From assembly GCA_028534125.1 (NCBI GenBank), contig CM052816.1:72294001-72358000 (forward strand): DNA of 64,000 nt, in the 5' to 3' direction. Positions within the stretch are counted from its first letter, which is position 1, and each line of letters begins with the position of its first letter. Of this stretch, positions 1 through 14,062 are shown one piece after another. The translations under genes and the position numbers were made by a program. The DNA comes from Lama glama. Lineage: Eukaryota. Under the pieces are notes generated by a model. The model searched no databases and was not told where the DNA came from. It saw only the letters and a list, made by a program, of their open reading frames with translations.

Positions 1-430
1 TGGTTAATTTTATGTCTCAATTTGACTGGGCCACAGTGTGCCCAGATAGATATTTGGTGAAACATTATTTTGGATATTCTTGTGAAGGTGTCTGGATGAG
101 GCTGACATTTCAATCAGTAGACTGAGTAAGGCAGATTGCCCTCCCTAATGTGGATGGGCCTTATCCTATCAGTTAAAGGTCTAAATAGAACAAAAAGGCT
201 GAGTACTAGGAAACTCCTTCTGCCTGACTGCCTTTGAACGGAGATAACCAGTTTTCTGGCCTTCAGACTCGAACTGAAACATTGACTCTTTCTGGGTCTC
301 ATACCTATGGGCCTAAAGACTGGAACTATGGTATCAGCTCTCCTGGGTCTCTAACTTTCTTACTCACCCTGCAGTCTCCATGACTGCATGAGCAAATTCC
401 TTATAATAATAAATACACATATACATACAT
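1..430 (+). mobile_element. ERVL LTR, MLT2-like (truncated by window start)
   Basis: tggttaattttatgt...gactgggccac...tgcccagat...aaacattatt typical of the recalled MLT2 5' end, AATAAA near 408. Confidence 0.8.
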
Positions 431-2190
431 ATATACATACCCTAATACAGTCACACTTGCCACAGTAGGGTCCCTTAGGATGCTTTTTTGTCAGTGACTT
501 TTTCAAATACAAATTACTCTTAAATCTCTATGGAAATAAAAACAAAACAAAACAAATAAACAACAATAAGCCAAAATGAACCAACCAACCAATCAAAAAA
601 AAGAATGAAAGAAAATCAAATAGTTAAATGCTCTACAATTAAGTTATACTCTAGAGAGAAGATGTAGAGAACTTTAAAACAAAAGAAAAAAATTACCAGA
701 AATTTAGCTATAAGCATGAATAACAATATTCTATCTCATTTAAATTTGAGAGAAAGAAATATTTTAGGACACTCAGTCACAAAGCCCAAGGAATAAACAT
801 TTAGTTAGAGTGAGCATATTAAGAAATGACTGTGTACTTCTTATTATTCAACTCTCTCGGAAGATACTTTGGGAGTATGTGCATTATGTACATACCTAAC
901 TTAAGTTTTTTAAAAATAGGATGTCACTCATTAGAAATCTTAAAATATGATCATTTTCATCTGACTAACTTGAACAGTTTAATATACATTCCCATCTTGA
1001 TCTCAAGGGTTGTCTTTCTAGTGGCATTTTTGTACTTTGTAATAAAAGTTGAACCAGACACTTCTTGATGGGAACAATAGTTCACAGTATTCTTATTCTC
1101 ATTCTTGTCCTTATTTTACTTCAAATCTCTGTGGCTTTGAGCCCTTGATCTACATAGCTTCCCATGTCTTCTGCACTCTGTTTTACAGTTTCACCTTGGG
1201 TCATTGGACTGAACACAGACTCCATAAAGTTAGGGCCCTTTTTGATTTTGCTTGCACTTAAAATGGTGTCTGGCCCATTGTAAAAGATCAAAAAATTTTA
1301 TGGATGAAAAAAATAGCAAAATAGTGTGCAGAAAGAAGAATTCAGCAGTCTGTTCAGGAAGATTTCCTTTAGAAAATGAGATTTGAGTAAAACCTTAATT
1401 TGTAAAATTTTGCTATACTACCTAAACTTAACAGGTAATATTAAGACTAAGATAATGATAAAGGGCTTCCAAATATACCTAAAACAATGTATACATTTTT
1501 TATCAGAAGCAAATTAATGGATTCAGTTACCTTACTTAAGTGAAACCATTTTATAATATAGACTCTCATTAAGAACAGAACAGTTTTCTGTTAACTGTTA
1601 AATATAAAACATGTAATACTTAGCACCAGTAATTTAAGAGAATTCCCAACAATTTCAATGCCAGTTGTTTTTTAGAGAACTTATATGCCTTTTTTGTGAT
1701 TAAAAAAAATAAACAAAAAATTCAAAACTGTGTGGTTCTGGAGCAGAGAGGAAGGAAACAACAAACTTTAAAATTTCCTCATTGCCCATCTTTGGTATAA
1801 ATTCACAAGTTTCATACTATGCATTTGTTACCTAGGTGGAAAAAAGTAAAGATTTTTCCTACTTCAGAATTATCAAACAAGTAAAAATAAGTAAAAAAAA
1901 TATATATGACTGAAAAATTAAAGTACAGAGAAGAAGTACAATAATTTTAAAAAATTAAAGTAAAAACTGCCTAAGTGTGTCTGGCAGTTGGATTTGTGAC
2001 GTATGATATTCCCTGCTGGTTGTCTTGCTAGATCTTTTTCAAAGTAGCTCCTGAAGAATAATGGAAAAAATCCAACTGCCCACTTCTTACCTACTTATAT
2101 ATTTTAACTTCTTGATTATCCAACTTCTTGGATGTCTTTATCTGATTTCTTACTTCACAGAGATAAATTCCCTTGTCTTTGTTGTTTTCT

Positions 2191-2192
2191 AA

Positions 2193-2226
<34 letters not shown>

Positions 2227-2340
2227 TATTTATTTTTTTTTGGAGGAGGTAATTAGGTTTTTATTCATTTATTTTAATAGAAGTACTGGAGATTGAACCC
2301 AGCTAGGCACACACTCCACCACTGAGCTATACCCTTCCCC
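2191..2340 (-). mobile_element. tRNA-Ala-derived camelid SINE (vic-1-like)
   Basis: Reverse complement GGGGAAGGGTATAGCTCAGTGGT...GGGTTCAATCTCCAGTAC with A/B boxes, (TTTA)n tail, tttgttgttt on both flanks. Confidence 0.85.
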
Positions 2341-2599
2341 TGTTTGTTGTTTGCTTTTATTTCTCTTTTCTAGAATCCTTCCCTCCCTTTCCTTGTCTGT
2401 GTCTTGTACAGAAGAAATATGGTTATAATAATTGTGTTGTGTATTTGGACTTACATGTTACCTCCTATCCTCTGGTACATTAATTGATTAAACCCTTATA
2501 TGTAGTAAGATCTTAATGTGGTGCTTTTTTATTCAATTAGAACAAAGATCTCAGTTTCCTCATTTGGAAGTTAAAGAGGGATCACAGAATCACATCTGC

Positions 2600-3400
2600 C
2601 CCATTCCTCCAACAAACCAGCTTTCTTTCCTGTATTTCTTATTTAAGAAGCATGAAAACACCAGTCACTGAACTGTCCAGACCCCAAATAAGAATTCTAG
2701 CTTTGGCTTCTTCCCTTTTGTTTCTTACATCCTAGAGCTAAGTAACCCCCAAACCCTGTATATTCTGTTTCCTAAATAACTCTTGAATTAATCTATTTCT
2801 TTCCATCTCCTGTCTTATTTATTCCAATCCATTTTCCACCCCAAAAAAAGCCATGTTAACTCGTATTTGGAACTCCTACGTATTTCCCCTCCTTGTGTTT
2901 TAAGGTATAAATTCTAAAATATACTGAAGGACCTTTTAGACTCTGGCTCCAGCCTTCTTCCTTCAACTTGGATTTCCCCATCACTCTCTTCCCTGCTCCC
3001 CACAGCTCTACTCTCCAACTATACTGAATTTCTTTCAGCTACCTGAACCTGGTCATTCACTTGCGTTTGTGGATTCTTTTTCCTACTTATGGCATTTGCA
3101 CATGCTCCTCTCTCTGTCTGGAACAGTCTTTTTTCAATTATTCCCAATTCCTGCTTGCCATTAGGATTCATCTTAGATGTCATTTCTATGGGTAAATCTT
3201 AACTAACTCAAGGCAAGTTCTCTGAAGAACCCTATTCTCGACCCCTTTGTAGCATATACACATTATTTTATTTTTAAGTGGGTGGTCCACCATTCTGCCA
3301 TTTTTTTTACAAGAAGAAACTTTTTGTTCATTATTTTGTCTCCAATACCTAGCATAGTACCTTACTATAGTAAGCGCTAATGAAACATGTTTATCAGTGA
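2600..3400 (+). mobile_element. Degenerate LINE-2 3' region
   Basis: L2-like motifs (tttgcacatgctcctctctctgtctggaac; cctagcatagtaccttactatagtaagcgct at the 3' end). Confidence 0.6.
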
Positions 3401-3491
3401 GTTCATATATTTCCCTTTAATTATTTTGACTAGATTGGGCACTTGCTTTGTCACTTCTTATTATTTTTTTTTCTGTTTCTTCCACTTCCTC

Positions 3492-3995
3492 TGTCAAAGA
3501 TAAACAAAGCAGGTCACTAGTTAAAGTGGGAAGGATAGATTTTAATCAGCAATATACTAATTCACAGAGAAGAGAGTCTGCTGTGAACTGAACTCTGATT
3601 TATACTGAAGTGACTGGGAGTTTTAAAAGGAGAAGGAGTCAGTAGGGAAAAGAGTGAAGGAGGGCTCCGTAGATTCAGGGAAGTGAAAAATTACAAAAAT
3701 CAGGTAGACGAGTTGGCCCATTTGAAAGCCATCTGGGTCTGCTAACTGGCATTTATTGTTTACTGAGGTTAAGCTAGTCTCCTTCCATCAAGGCTGGGGG
3801 ACAGGGGCTCCCTCTTCAGGTATTGGCTGGAACACACAGTAAAATCTGGGGGCAGCTGCAAGTTTTCTCTGGTCTTGAGCTATTAGAAACTAAGCTACTG
3901 TTTGCTTATGTCTTCATAGGCCAAGGTTGAAATCTAGTTGAGAGGAGGGCTTGGAGGATCCTAGCTAAAGTTTGATGAAGAAGACAACTTTTGTT
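3492..3995 (-). mobile_element. ERV1 solo LTR, MER31/MER67-like
   Basis: Starts tgtcaaaga. The right end reverse-complements to a MER31-like 5' end (caaactttagctaggatcctccaagccctcctctcaactagatttcaaccttggcc). Confidence 0.65.
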
Positions 3996-5136
3996 TCTTC
4001 TTTGAACACTTCTAAAAATCTCCCCCCGTTTTAATCTTTGCCTTTGTTAACTCTTCCATCCAATGGAATTGAAGTAAATCAAGTGTATTAAATAAATCTT
4101 AATACATATTATAAATTTAACACAGCTGTATTAGCTTACACTGATGTAGAATTTGGAATTGAGAGAAAGTTGTTTTGAACTGGTACCAAAAACTGGTTTC
4201 TAATACAGGTGCTATTGCCCAATAAATAGCTGCTTATGTGTCTAGTTTATGTCTAATCCTGAGAAGTCCCTGTTGACCATTCCCAGAGGCACTCTCATGT
4301 CTCTTTTCTGAAGTGAGTAGTCAGACTTTCCATTTTCTTTGCTTTTCTTACTGTACAGTAATGATTACAATCTTACACCTTAACATTTCTGACATCAGAA
4401 AGACATGTCTTCGTTATTTCACTAACTCAGAAAGGGCAGGTAATGAAACTTTCTTTATGGTAAGCATTTTTCCACTCAAGCTCAAAGAAGGAAGTTTTAG
4501 GGAGCATGAAATAAATGTTATCACTCAAACTGAACAGACTCGTTAAGCCAGGAGGTTCTTTCCATCTCTTATATTTATGGTCCTATCCTGATCAAGGACA
4601 GAATAATGTATGGATAAATTAAGTAGTTGAAGATCGTTTTTTGAATATTTGATCCACTCACTAAATCCTGTAGTTTATTACTGGTATAGTTCTTCAGTTC
4701 TCCTTTCTGACTCCATTTTCTGGTTTGTAAATAAAAAGCAAGGTCTTTTAAATAACTGGATTAATTTCTTACAGTTTAATATAGCCCTCTTTATGATATG
4801 TCTATTTGCTAAAGCTCTAGGGTTCAAGATGATACAAAAAGCTATTCTGTAAAAGCACCAAAGATATGTTCTTAAGAATGCCACTTATGAGGGAGGTTAT
4901 ACCTGTCGGGACATATGGGAAATCTCTGTAACTTTCTCTCAATCTTGCTGTGAACCTAAAACTGTCTTAAAAAATTAAATCTGTAAAAAAAGAAAAAGAA
5001 AAAGACTAGTTAGGTCTTTGCTATTATTTATGTTCTGATAATGGGGAAAAAGGAAATGGGAGGGGGCTGGGCAGTTGTTTACACCTATTGACAATAATCC
5101 CCTTCACTATATAACAGTAGAGAATAATCTGTTTTA

Positions 5137-5464
5137 AACAGTAGAATAGGGAATGGGGGAAATGAGGAGATGCTGGTCTAAGGGTAGAAACTTCCAGTTA
5201 GAAGATGAGTAAGTTCTAGGGATCTAGTTAGTACACAGCATGGTGACCATGGTCAACAATATTTTATTATATACTTGAAAACTGCTAAGAGAGTAGATCT
5301 TGAATGTTCTCACCAAATGGTAATTATGCAAGGTGATGGAGATGTTAATTAACCCTTTTATGGCAATAATTTCATAATGTATATGTGTATCAAATCACCA
5401 TATGTACACTTTAAACTTTCATGAAGCCATATTTCAGTTATATCTCAATAAAGCTGGGAAAAAA
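5137..5464 (+). mobile_element. L1MA-type 3' end fragment
   Basis: L1 3' UTR motifs, ctcaataaagctggg + A-tail, flanking near-duplicate agaataatctgtttta / agaatagtctatttta. Confidence 0.8.
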
Positions 5465-6149
5465 AGAATAGTCTATTTTATCTCTAAATTCAGAGTATAA
5501 GTTTTAATAAGGAAAAGGAGGGAAGGGAAGGAAGTTGACAGATTTTTTCCAAGGCAACCAATAGCTTCAAGTAAGTATTTTTAACATTATTTGATTAAGC
5601 TTCTAATAGCTATAGATGCTATCATTTTATCTTTGGAGCATTGTTATCTTTGTAGATAAATCCTTACTTTTCAGGAAGCAGGGAAGTAATATCTTAAATG
5701 TAAAGATACTTTGTTACTCTTACACGGCTTAAACTGGGGTGAGTGCTTGTAGATAATGTCCGGTAAAGGAGGAGTTCTTGTTTCTTGAGAAAAGGATTGC
5801 TTTTGGACAAAGCTCTTTTAGAGAAATGAATCCAAACGAGCATTGAAGAGAAAATTTCTTTTGCAAAACAATCCCCAAACTGTTCCTTACCAAATCCAAA
5901 GCAAATGGTTGCAAATTGCATGCAATCACACATATGTAAGATTGCACTTAAAATAACTTAGGTTTAATAAGGCCAGGGAAACAAGGTAGGTTTATACTTA
6001 AGAAAAAGAATTTCACATAAAATCAAAGAAGTCATATTCAAAATTACCACTAGAGGGTAGAAAATAGGGGAAAAAGAATAACTAATAGTGGGTTTCTACA
6101 ATCAAAATTTTCAAGCTCCTGGAACTTCTGAAAACAACTGTAATGATCA

Positions 6150-6390
6150 GAATAGTTAACATTTATGAGGTGCCTACTGTCTGTCTGTCTGTCTGTCCTT
6201 CTATCTATCTAAATATCTAAACTCATTTAATTTCACAACAACCCCACGAGGTAGGTACTATGAACCTGATAGATGGGGGAAAACTAAGGTTAAATGATTA
6301 GTGCAAGGTCATGTAGTAACCGAAAGGTATTAATGGAGTCAAATTCAGGCAATTTTATTTCCAAGTCTGCATGTAAGCACTACTTCTTCC
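6150..6390 (-). mobile_element. MIR SINE
   Basis: actcatttaatttcacaacaaccccacgaggtaggtactat core in reverse MIR orientation. Confidence 0.7.
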
Positions 6391-7139
6391 CATGGATGAC
6401 AAGCTCTCTTTTGTGTGAGTACTTTATTACAGAGAAGAATGTGTACAATCATCCCGTGAACTGTGAGAGAGAGCAAGAAGTTTCTTCTAGCATGATACAT
6501 TTCCTAACTTGCGTCTACTGCGGTACCTGGCAAGCCAGGAATTTTGCCGCTAGTCTCATATACACACCTTGGGAAATAAAAGTCTAAAAATGTGTTTTAT
6601 TAATGCTGCAAACTATCAACACTATTAAGTTTTCTGGATAATCTGCACTAATAAGCAGGACCTGTCATGGCATCATTAACAGTGTCAGGGGAGGCTGACC
6701 TCTAAATGGAAGAGTAGCTGCATTAACCAAACACAGAAGAGTGTTTCGTGACAGTGCTGGAGCTCTCCTGGTGGACACCAAATGATATCAAGTATAGGAA
6801 GACCAGAGACCACAGCTTTCCCTTCAGCCATTTTGGTGCTGTGGGGAGTAGGTGCAAATTAAAATAGAATGGTTGAGTCTTGATTGTTAAACTGCAAGTT
6901 CTCTGTACCCCAAACTCACCAGTTGATTGCAAGTTAGGGCCTGAATTTTAAATCTACCCTGGCACATATGACTTGTCAGCGTGGCTGATTCTCCAATATC
7001 AGTGGACAGGCGAAAAACTAGGGAAGTGTCATGTTTGTGATATAAATGAAAGGCAATAAACTGAAACTCACAAGTCAGCAGGATTAATGGACCAGACAGA
7101 ATAAAGGTCTAAAATATACATGATCAATATTTTCAAGGA

Positions 7140-8595
7140 GATGCTATTCTATTTTCAATCAAAATTCAATCAGGTATTTTTCTGGTGGAACTTAATTGTA
7201 TTAAAAAATATACATGGAAGAATAAAGGTCCATGAATAATTTAGTCATTTTTATCTAAAGAAAAGAGAGAATGGGAACACATTCTGCTAGATATAAGACA
7301 TAGTACAAAGCCATAATAATGATATGATAATAATGAAACCAATGTGGAATTCATTGAGATGGAAAGACCACAGTACACAACGGCAAGCTCAGGTATACAC
7401 ACACACACACACACATACACACACATATAAGCACATATATGAATTTTTTATATGATAATGTTGAACTATAACTGAGTGCAAAAAAGATAGTTTTGTAGAT
7501 GACATTAGGAAACTGATATAATTCAAGAAAATTAAGTTGGAGCCATACCTTATACCATAAATGAGTTACCTCAGATGGATTAAACATTATAATGAAAAGT
7601 AAAATTATAAAAAGTTAAGAAAAAATTCAGGAGAATATATACATTGCCTTAGGGTAATATAAAATTACATTTATTAAAACTCTAAGAGGACAAATCACAA
7701 AGGAAGGAAAGAGAGAGAGAGAATATGGATTTGATTACATTAAATTAAATAGTGATTTTAATGAGTAAAAAATAGAGACAAATTATTCAATGGTAATAAA
7801 CTGGGAGGAGATATTTGCAATGTGTGGAATAACCTGAAGATTGGCATCTAGAATATGCAAGAAATTGTTGAAAATCAACATGACAAAGACAGGAAATCCA
7901 GTTTAAAAAAAATGGATAAAGGAGAATAATAGATAATTTCCATCCAGAGAAAACTGCTCAGCTAAGAATTCTGTGTAGAGTTGCTCAACTTTTCCTGTAA
8001 ACAAATAAATGCAAATTATATCAACAATGAGATATGACTTTACCCCCATTAGTTAGGCAAAAATTTTTTTTAAACATTTTTTATTGATTTATAATCATTT
8101 TACAATGTTGTTAGTTTGGCAAAATGTTGAGAGCTGGATATCACCAAGTATTGGTAATGCAGTGCGGAAGGGAGCATAAATTGTGCAGCCATTGTGGAGA
8201 GCAAGGTAACCAGACAGAACGGAATTAAAACTGTGTACAACTTATGCCCTAGTAATCTCACTCCTAATTGTTTCTCAGAGAGCCCTCTATACAGATTCAT
8301 AAGGAGACATGTATGAAGACATGTATTCATTACAACTTTGTTTTGAAAGCAGGAAGTACATGACAATCTTGCTGTTCTTACCAGGAAAATTGATAAAAAA
8401 AAAAAGATGAGCAAAGCATACTAGGAATAATAGCATAGCTGAAAGAAGCACTGAGCTAGATGTATTTGAAGAGCATGGATAAATTTTTAAAAAAATAATA
8501 TTGACTGAGAAAAGTTAAAAACAGTCAGACCAATAGAATACAATCATTCAGTTAAATTCAAAAGAACTACACTCCCCAAATACAATACAATTTGC
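7140..8595 (+). mobile_element. Ancient L1M/L1ME ORF2 3' region fragment
   Basis: Degenerate L1 motifs (gaccagacagaa, atatttgcaa, aatgcaaatta...caacaatgagata, gcagccattgtggagagcaa). Confidence 0.75.
8064..8110 (-). mobile_element. 47-bp extreme 3' tip of a young L1 nested in the old L1
   Basis: Matches the tail of the intron-2 L1 (ttttttattga.ttata.tcattttacaatgttg), 14-bp TSD ttagtt(a/t)ggcaaaa at 8049-8062 and 8111-8124. Confidence 0.8.
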
Positions 8596-8599
8596 AGAG

Positions 8600-9094
8600 T
8601 ACAAGGGAGAAAAAACGATTTTCCCCTCTACCCATCTTAGGTTCATTGGCTGGGCCCTACAAATTAAGACTGACAAAATACAGATTAACAAGAGAAAAAC
8701 AAACAGAAGTTTATTAATGTGAGCATTGTGCAGACACATGGGAGCACTGAGTGATCAGAAACTCGGAAGAGGCGGTTAGAACTTGGGTTTGTACAGCATC
8801 TTGACAAACGAACAATTCATTTCCAGAGAAGTGACAAGACAAAAGAAAAGGACTGAGTTTCTAGGAGTACAAATTGTGGGAAAGGCAACTATATGGGAAT
8901 AATAATGGTAGATAAGGCCTCTTCTAGCAAGGTTTGCTAAGGAAATTCCTCTGGTACTGTTTTCAGTCTGATAAGGCAAATAGAGGAAAGGCAGAGAGCT
9001 TTTCTTCTATCTGTTTCTTCTCAGTTACCTTCAGCTCAAAACAATCCTCATGCAAAGTGGCATGTTTTGGAGTGGCATAATCTGCTACCCTTCA
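8600..9094 (-). mobile_element. ERV1 solo LTR, MER34/MER39-like
   Basis: Reverse complement starts TGAAGGGTAGCAGATTATGCCACTCCAAAACATGCCACTTTGC...TTTTGAGCTGAAGG. Confidence 0.75.
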
Positions 9095-9700
9095 ATGGTA
9101 TTTAAGACCAGATATCCAGTAAAGTGCTTTGACAGTGAGTGGGAAAGGTGATAGAGGCAAGACTCAGAGCTAAAAGAAAAACTTAAATACAAACCACAAG
9201 AAGGTCTTGTACTTGCTGATGATAGTTTTCAGAGTAAAAGTAACTCAATTTTCTGCAACTGAGCTTTGAAATAGGCAGAAAAATATAGCAGTTTGAAAGA
9301 GGGATATGGAAAACTCTAGAAGGAGAATTTTATTTTCACATATAACTAAATGCACATTGCTATGTTTATAAATTACAGATTATTACTAATATATTTTGAA
9401 AACATATTACTGTTGAGGAAGTACTTTGAACAGGAAATTTGCTCATATTTTAATAAAAATTTTTATATTTGAGGTACTGGGCAGATGGGGCCTTAGATTA
9501 TGTGCAAGATGGTTTGTATGAGTGTATGGAGATCTTTTCTATGGTACCATTTCTAAGTCAATGTATGACATCTGACTTACAAAAATTAACAAGAGAAAAT
9601 CAAGGGAAGGAACCAGTTCATTAAAAAAACAGAAATCATTTCAAAATCCTTGAGTTTTAAGGGAATAGACTGGTATTCTCACTGAATAATGCAAACATTG

Positions 9701-9703
<3 letters not shown>

Positions 9704-9747
<44 letters not shown>

Positions 9748-9768
9748 TTTTTTTTCTAAATAGGTGGC

Positions 9769-9803
<35 letters not shown>

Positions 9804-9832
9804 TATATACTATATATATATATATATATATA
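9704..9832. repeat. Compound microsatellite (AT)~20, (TG)~15, (TA)~11
   Basis: Directly visible. Confidence 0.97.
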
Positions 9833-10879
9833 AATGCCAGGTACCTGTATGCAAAACCATAAACACTCCAAAGTGACCACTATTTTGTATCATTAGTATT
9901 TTTATCTGTGAGGTAGAATTAGTCACATTCAAATGAGTGGTAAGTTTTAAGCCATGGAAAGTAAATGAAGAATGAAATCATAACTTGGTCTGTTATCTCA
10001 TAGAGGACTAATAGACATAACTACCAGGAAGAATGGAAACCTTTATTTCTTCTCCACCTAATTTTATAACTCAAAAGACATGTTCAAGCTGCCTAAGAAA
10101 ATACGAAGTATTTCTAGTCATTGTGCTATTTTTATGATTTTATTAAACTGTAATTTCTCTAAGACCTGAGACTTTTATGCATCTTTTATGGAGATTGCTT
10201 ATGCTTTTAAACTTTCCTGTTATCTGATTTTTTTACAGCCTTGAAATAACACATGCTATGAAGAAATGGTGTATTTACTATATACCATGATACAGTGGAA
10301 TTATGGAATACATGTATCATCCATTTCACAGTTAGCTGGTTCTATTTTGTTAGAAAATTGTCCCTGTTGTTCACTAACTGATTGATCCAACAAACATTTT
10401 TAAATCACTTTACATATATGTAGATATGTAGGGAGCATTGGGACTAAAAGCACACGTACACACACATGCACAATATTCCCTGCCTTTGCAGAGCTTGCAG
10501 TCTGGAGAGGTTTTAATTGAAATTTAAATTGAACCAAAAATCTAACTTCCTGTAGACTGACATTTTAACTGCTGTACCTCTACAGGAAACCAAGTAAACT
10601 TATTACCTCTGCCACATGAGAGCTCTTCAAAAATTTTAAGAATCATTAGAACCTTTCTTATATAGTTATTATGAATGTATCCTCAGATCACATTTCATTT
10701 TCTCCAAGACCCTTTTAAAATGCAATATCCAGAACTGAATGTAAATATTGTCTACTAAAACAGTAAAATTATTAACTATGAGAGAACAGATGTTAGGTAG
10801 TATTTTTAAAGTAGCCTGGTAGGCCAACAGGATGTCATTATTGTTTAGACATTGTAATGTGTCAATTTGGCTATTTGGA

Positions 10880-11415
10880 ACATTTTCCATAACCCCCTTT
10901 CTTGTGTGTTAGGGTAGACACAGGGGAGATACTTGGGAGATCTGGAGGGCAGAGGGAAAGCAACAGCTCTTTTGTAGCTCACACGTTTCTGATCTGCTGA
11001 CTCATCTTGGGGTGAAGTAGCAGCTGCGTCTGTAACCGCTCTAGCTTGCTCTGGGTCCAATGTCAGCTTCTTTTACACCTGTGTCAGGTGTATGTGTTAG
11101 CTCTGTGACAAAGGGCCCCAGAAATTCTGCAGGATACCGTTGTCACTAAGGTCCCAGGTGACAAAAACTGACATGGGTTTCAGTCTGTCCTCTTACTGTT
11201 CCAGCTCATGCTTATGGGTTCCAACCTTCCCTTGATCTCCCCCACTTTACGGCCATCTTCCTTTCCCAACTGCCTACCTAGTGGACTTCATGCTCCAGCA
11301 TTAGAAGCAGAGATAACTGCCTTACTGATGTTGCTTAACCAGCTCCCACAATTGCCCAACTCCCTGTAATAAATTATATATATGTCCCCTAGTGGTTCTG
11401 CTTCTCCAGCTGAAC
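10880..11415 (+). mobile_element. Old ERVL-class LTR (LTR41-like, family uncertain)
   Basis: 3' end gtggacttcatgctccagc...ccagctcccacaattg...aataaa...cctagtggttctgcttctc. Confidence 0.5.
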
Positions 11416-14026
11416 AACTACAATTGCTGTGTAAGTTTTTATTATTTTCAAATTTAATTTTGAAGTAATTCACACACACACTGATATACCCCATTTATGA
11501 AGCAAAACATTACTGATCCATCTGATGCCCTTTTGTTCTCATCACTATTACACTTGCATAGCTCCACATGCCTCCCCTGCCTTAGTAATCACTGTTCTGA
11601 ATTTCATGCTTACCATTCCTTTGCTTTTCTTAAAATTTTAATGTATATGTCTTTTAATTTTGCACATCTTTTGAACGTTAAATAAATGGCATAATTTTAG
11701 GCAGCCATATGACAGTGGTGACTTATACAAATATTTACTTAAACCTATATATATTTTATTAAGAAATACTTTCTAAATAGGTGTCTTCCATCCCACACTA
11801 TATTTTCCCCTCATTACATGTTATTATGTTGATTTTGGACTCTCAACCTAGACAGTCGACATTAGCTTGGGTCTTGGTTCAACTCTCTAGTATATGAGAT
11901 TTCCTACCTGAAGCTTTGCTTTCCCTCAAGTCTTACTAAGAATATTTTCAATGTTTTCATTCAAATGATAAAAATATTAAGTTTCAGGGACATTGTACAG
12001 ACACATGCTACTATTAGCTTCACCTTAGTATGGTTTTCTAGTTCAATTTATATGTTGCTTTGCTGTTACCAAAGTGTTCTTAGCATCTTCTTTACCACAT
12101 ACTGCTGTAATTGTTTATTTACTTATTATCATTCTCAACAGCCAGACAGTAATATCCTTGGTAAAAGGACAAATCTAAATTAGTTTTGCATTTTCTGTGA
12201 AATCAAAAATCTTGGCACTAAATACATACTCAATAATTATTTACTGAATTACAAAATTCATTTAGAAGGACACATAGGAATTTAAGAGATGAATAAAGTG
12301 GGAAAGGGTGTTTTAGGCAGTGGAAGCAATAAAGGGGCAGGGAAAAACTGGGCAAAATTGGGGACAAGCTCAGTACTACTAAATTTCCTTTAAGGAATTC
12401 ATATTATAGAAACATAGGTAGGCAAATAAACCAACCATCATATTGGGCTTGTGGCTGAAACAGCTCAAGAAGTCTCAATAAAATACTACAGGAAAATGAC
12501 AATAGGGACTGATAAGTATCATCTTGAAAAAAGAGTTCATATTTTAAAAGGCATAAATGGGAGCAGTCTTTCCTGGTCTTACATCTATGTTTTTGAACAG
12601 TTTGATGTGACTCTTAAATGAGCTGGATAAACCATCATATTTTTCACTTAATAAACTTAGAGATATTTGAATATTCGCTTTTGTTCCCCTAAGCAAGGAT
12701 TTTTTTGATACTGACTTCTTCATTATTTCTTTTTTCTCTCCTCCATCTTACACAAGTGATTTCTGTCCTTGTAATATGGTTGAAGGGAGGGAGAGAGAGG
12801 GGAGGAAGGAGAAAGATTGATGGAGGAAGGGCGAGAGGGTATGAGGGTGGGAAAAGGTTTATGGATTTTCTTCCCAAAGATTCTGACTCAGCAGATCTGA
12901 ATTGAACTGTACTGTGAAACAATATTTTTAGACATTTCTTGAATTGATGGTGATGTGAAACCAGGTTTGAGAACCATCATCTAAGGGGTAAGGTAATGAA
13001 TTGATAGACAAATGAGCACAACACAAAAACTCATTTATGAGTCTTGTGTTAAGCTATTGATCTATCATTAGAAGTTTAGTGACACCTACAGTCAGGATCG
13101 CATCAGCAAATATCTGTCCTGGTTCTGTATCACATCCTGCTGCTTTCTCTCTGGATCACTTGTAAATCAAACACCAATAAATTTTCCGACTTGATCCATG
13201 TGCAGCAAACTGGCCATTTCTTTAAGATGTTAATGTCTTTTTTTCAGACTTTCTCAATATTTCATCTGCAATTAGAACAATTTTGAGGCATCAAGAATTT
13301 TTCAACTCATTTTATTTCCATTGATCTATTTCTCTTTTGTATTAATTAGATTACAGGTTTATGAATTAATAGTATATATGAGAGAAATACAGCAACAAGG
13401 ATTTCTGAAACAATAATAAATTTCAAAGTTAATGCTGTCATGAATATAATATAGAAGTATTAAAGGAGAACATTATCTATTCAGAGACCAGATTTTAAAC
13501 CAAATTAACTACAATTGATTACAACATTAAAATCGGACTTGGCAGCAATGGCTGTATGTTGAGACACCTTTATTTGCAGAAGTTTAAAATCATTTTCTAG
13601 TAAAATATCTTTAAAAATCAAACAGTATCAGAGCTTCACTGATGTGTAGCTTTCAAACTACAGTGCATTTCTGTTTTGCCATTTTTTACTATACAGTTTG
13701 ATTTGAGAAAAGCAGGGATTCAAATAAACTTGGGTTTGATCCTAGACTGAGAAAGTTTAGGTTAATAGCCACTGTTACTTGGGAGAATTATGTTGCTATT
13801 TTAATACCACTAATCAGTTCATACAAAAAATCCTGATTTATAAGTTGTATACATTATTTCATATTTTAAAGGGTAATAAACACTGAATTTTGCTTTTTCA
13901 TAGAGAATTTGGTCTTCAGTCAAATATTTCTGACTTTCAAATCACATATTTTAGGAATATACATTTATTAAACTGAAAGTTTTGTCACATATATGAATTT
14001 GAAACAATACACATGAATATATATAA

Positions 14027-14029
<3 letters not shown>

Positions 14030-14061
<32 letters not shown>
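14030..14061. repeat. (TG)n microsatellite
   Basis: Directly visible, about 16 units. Confidence 0.95.
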
Positions 14062-14062
<1 letters not shown>

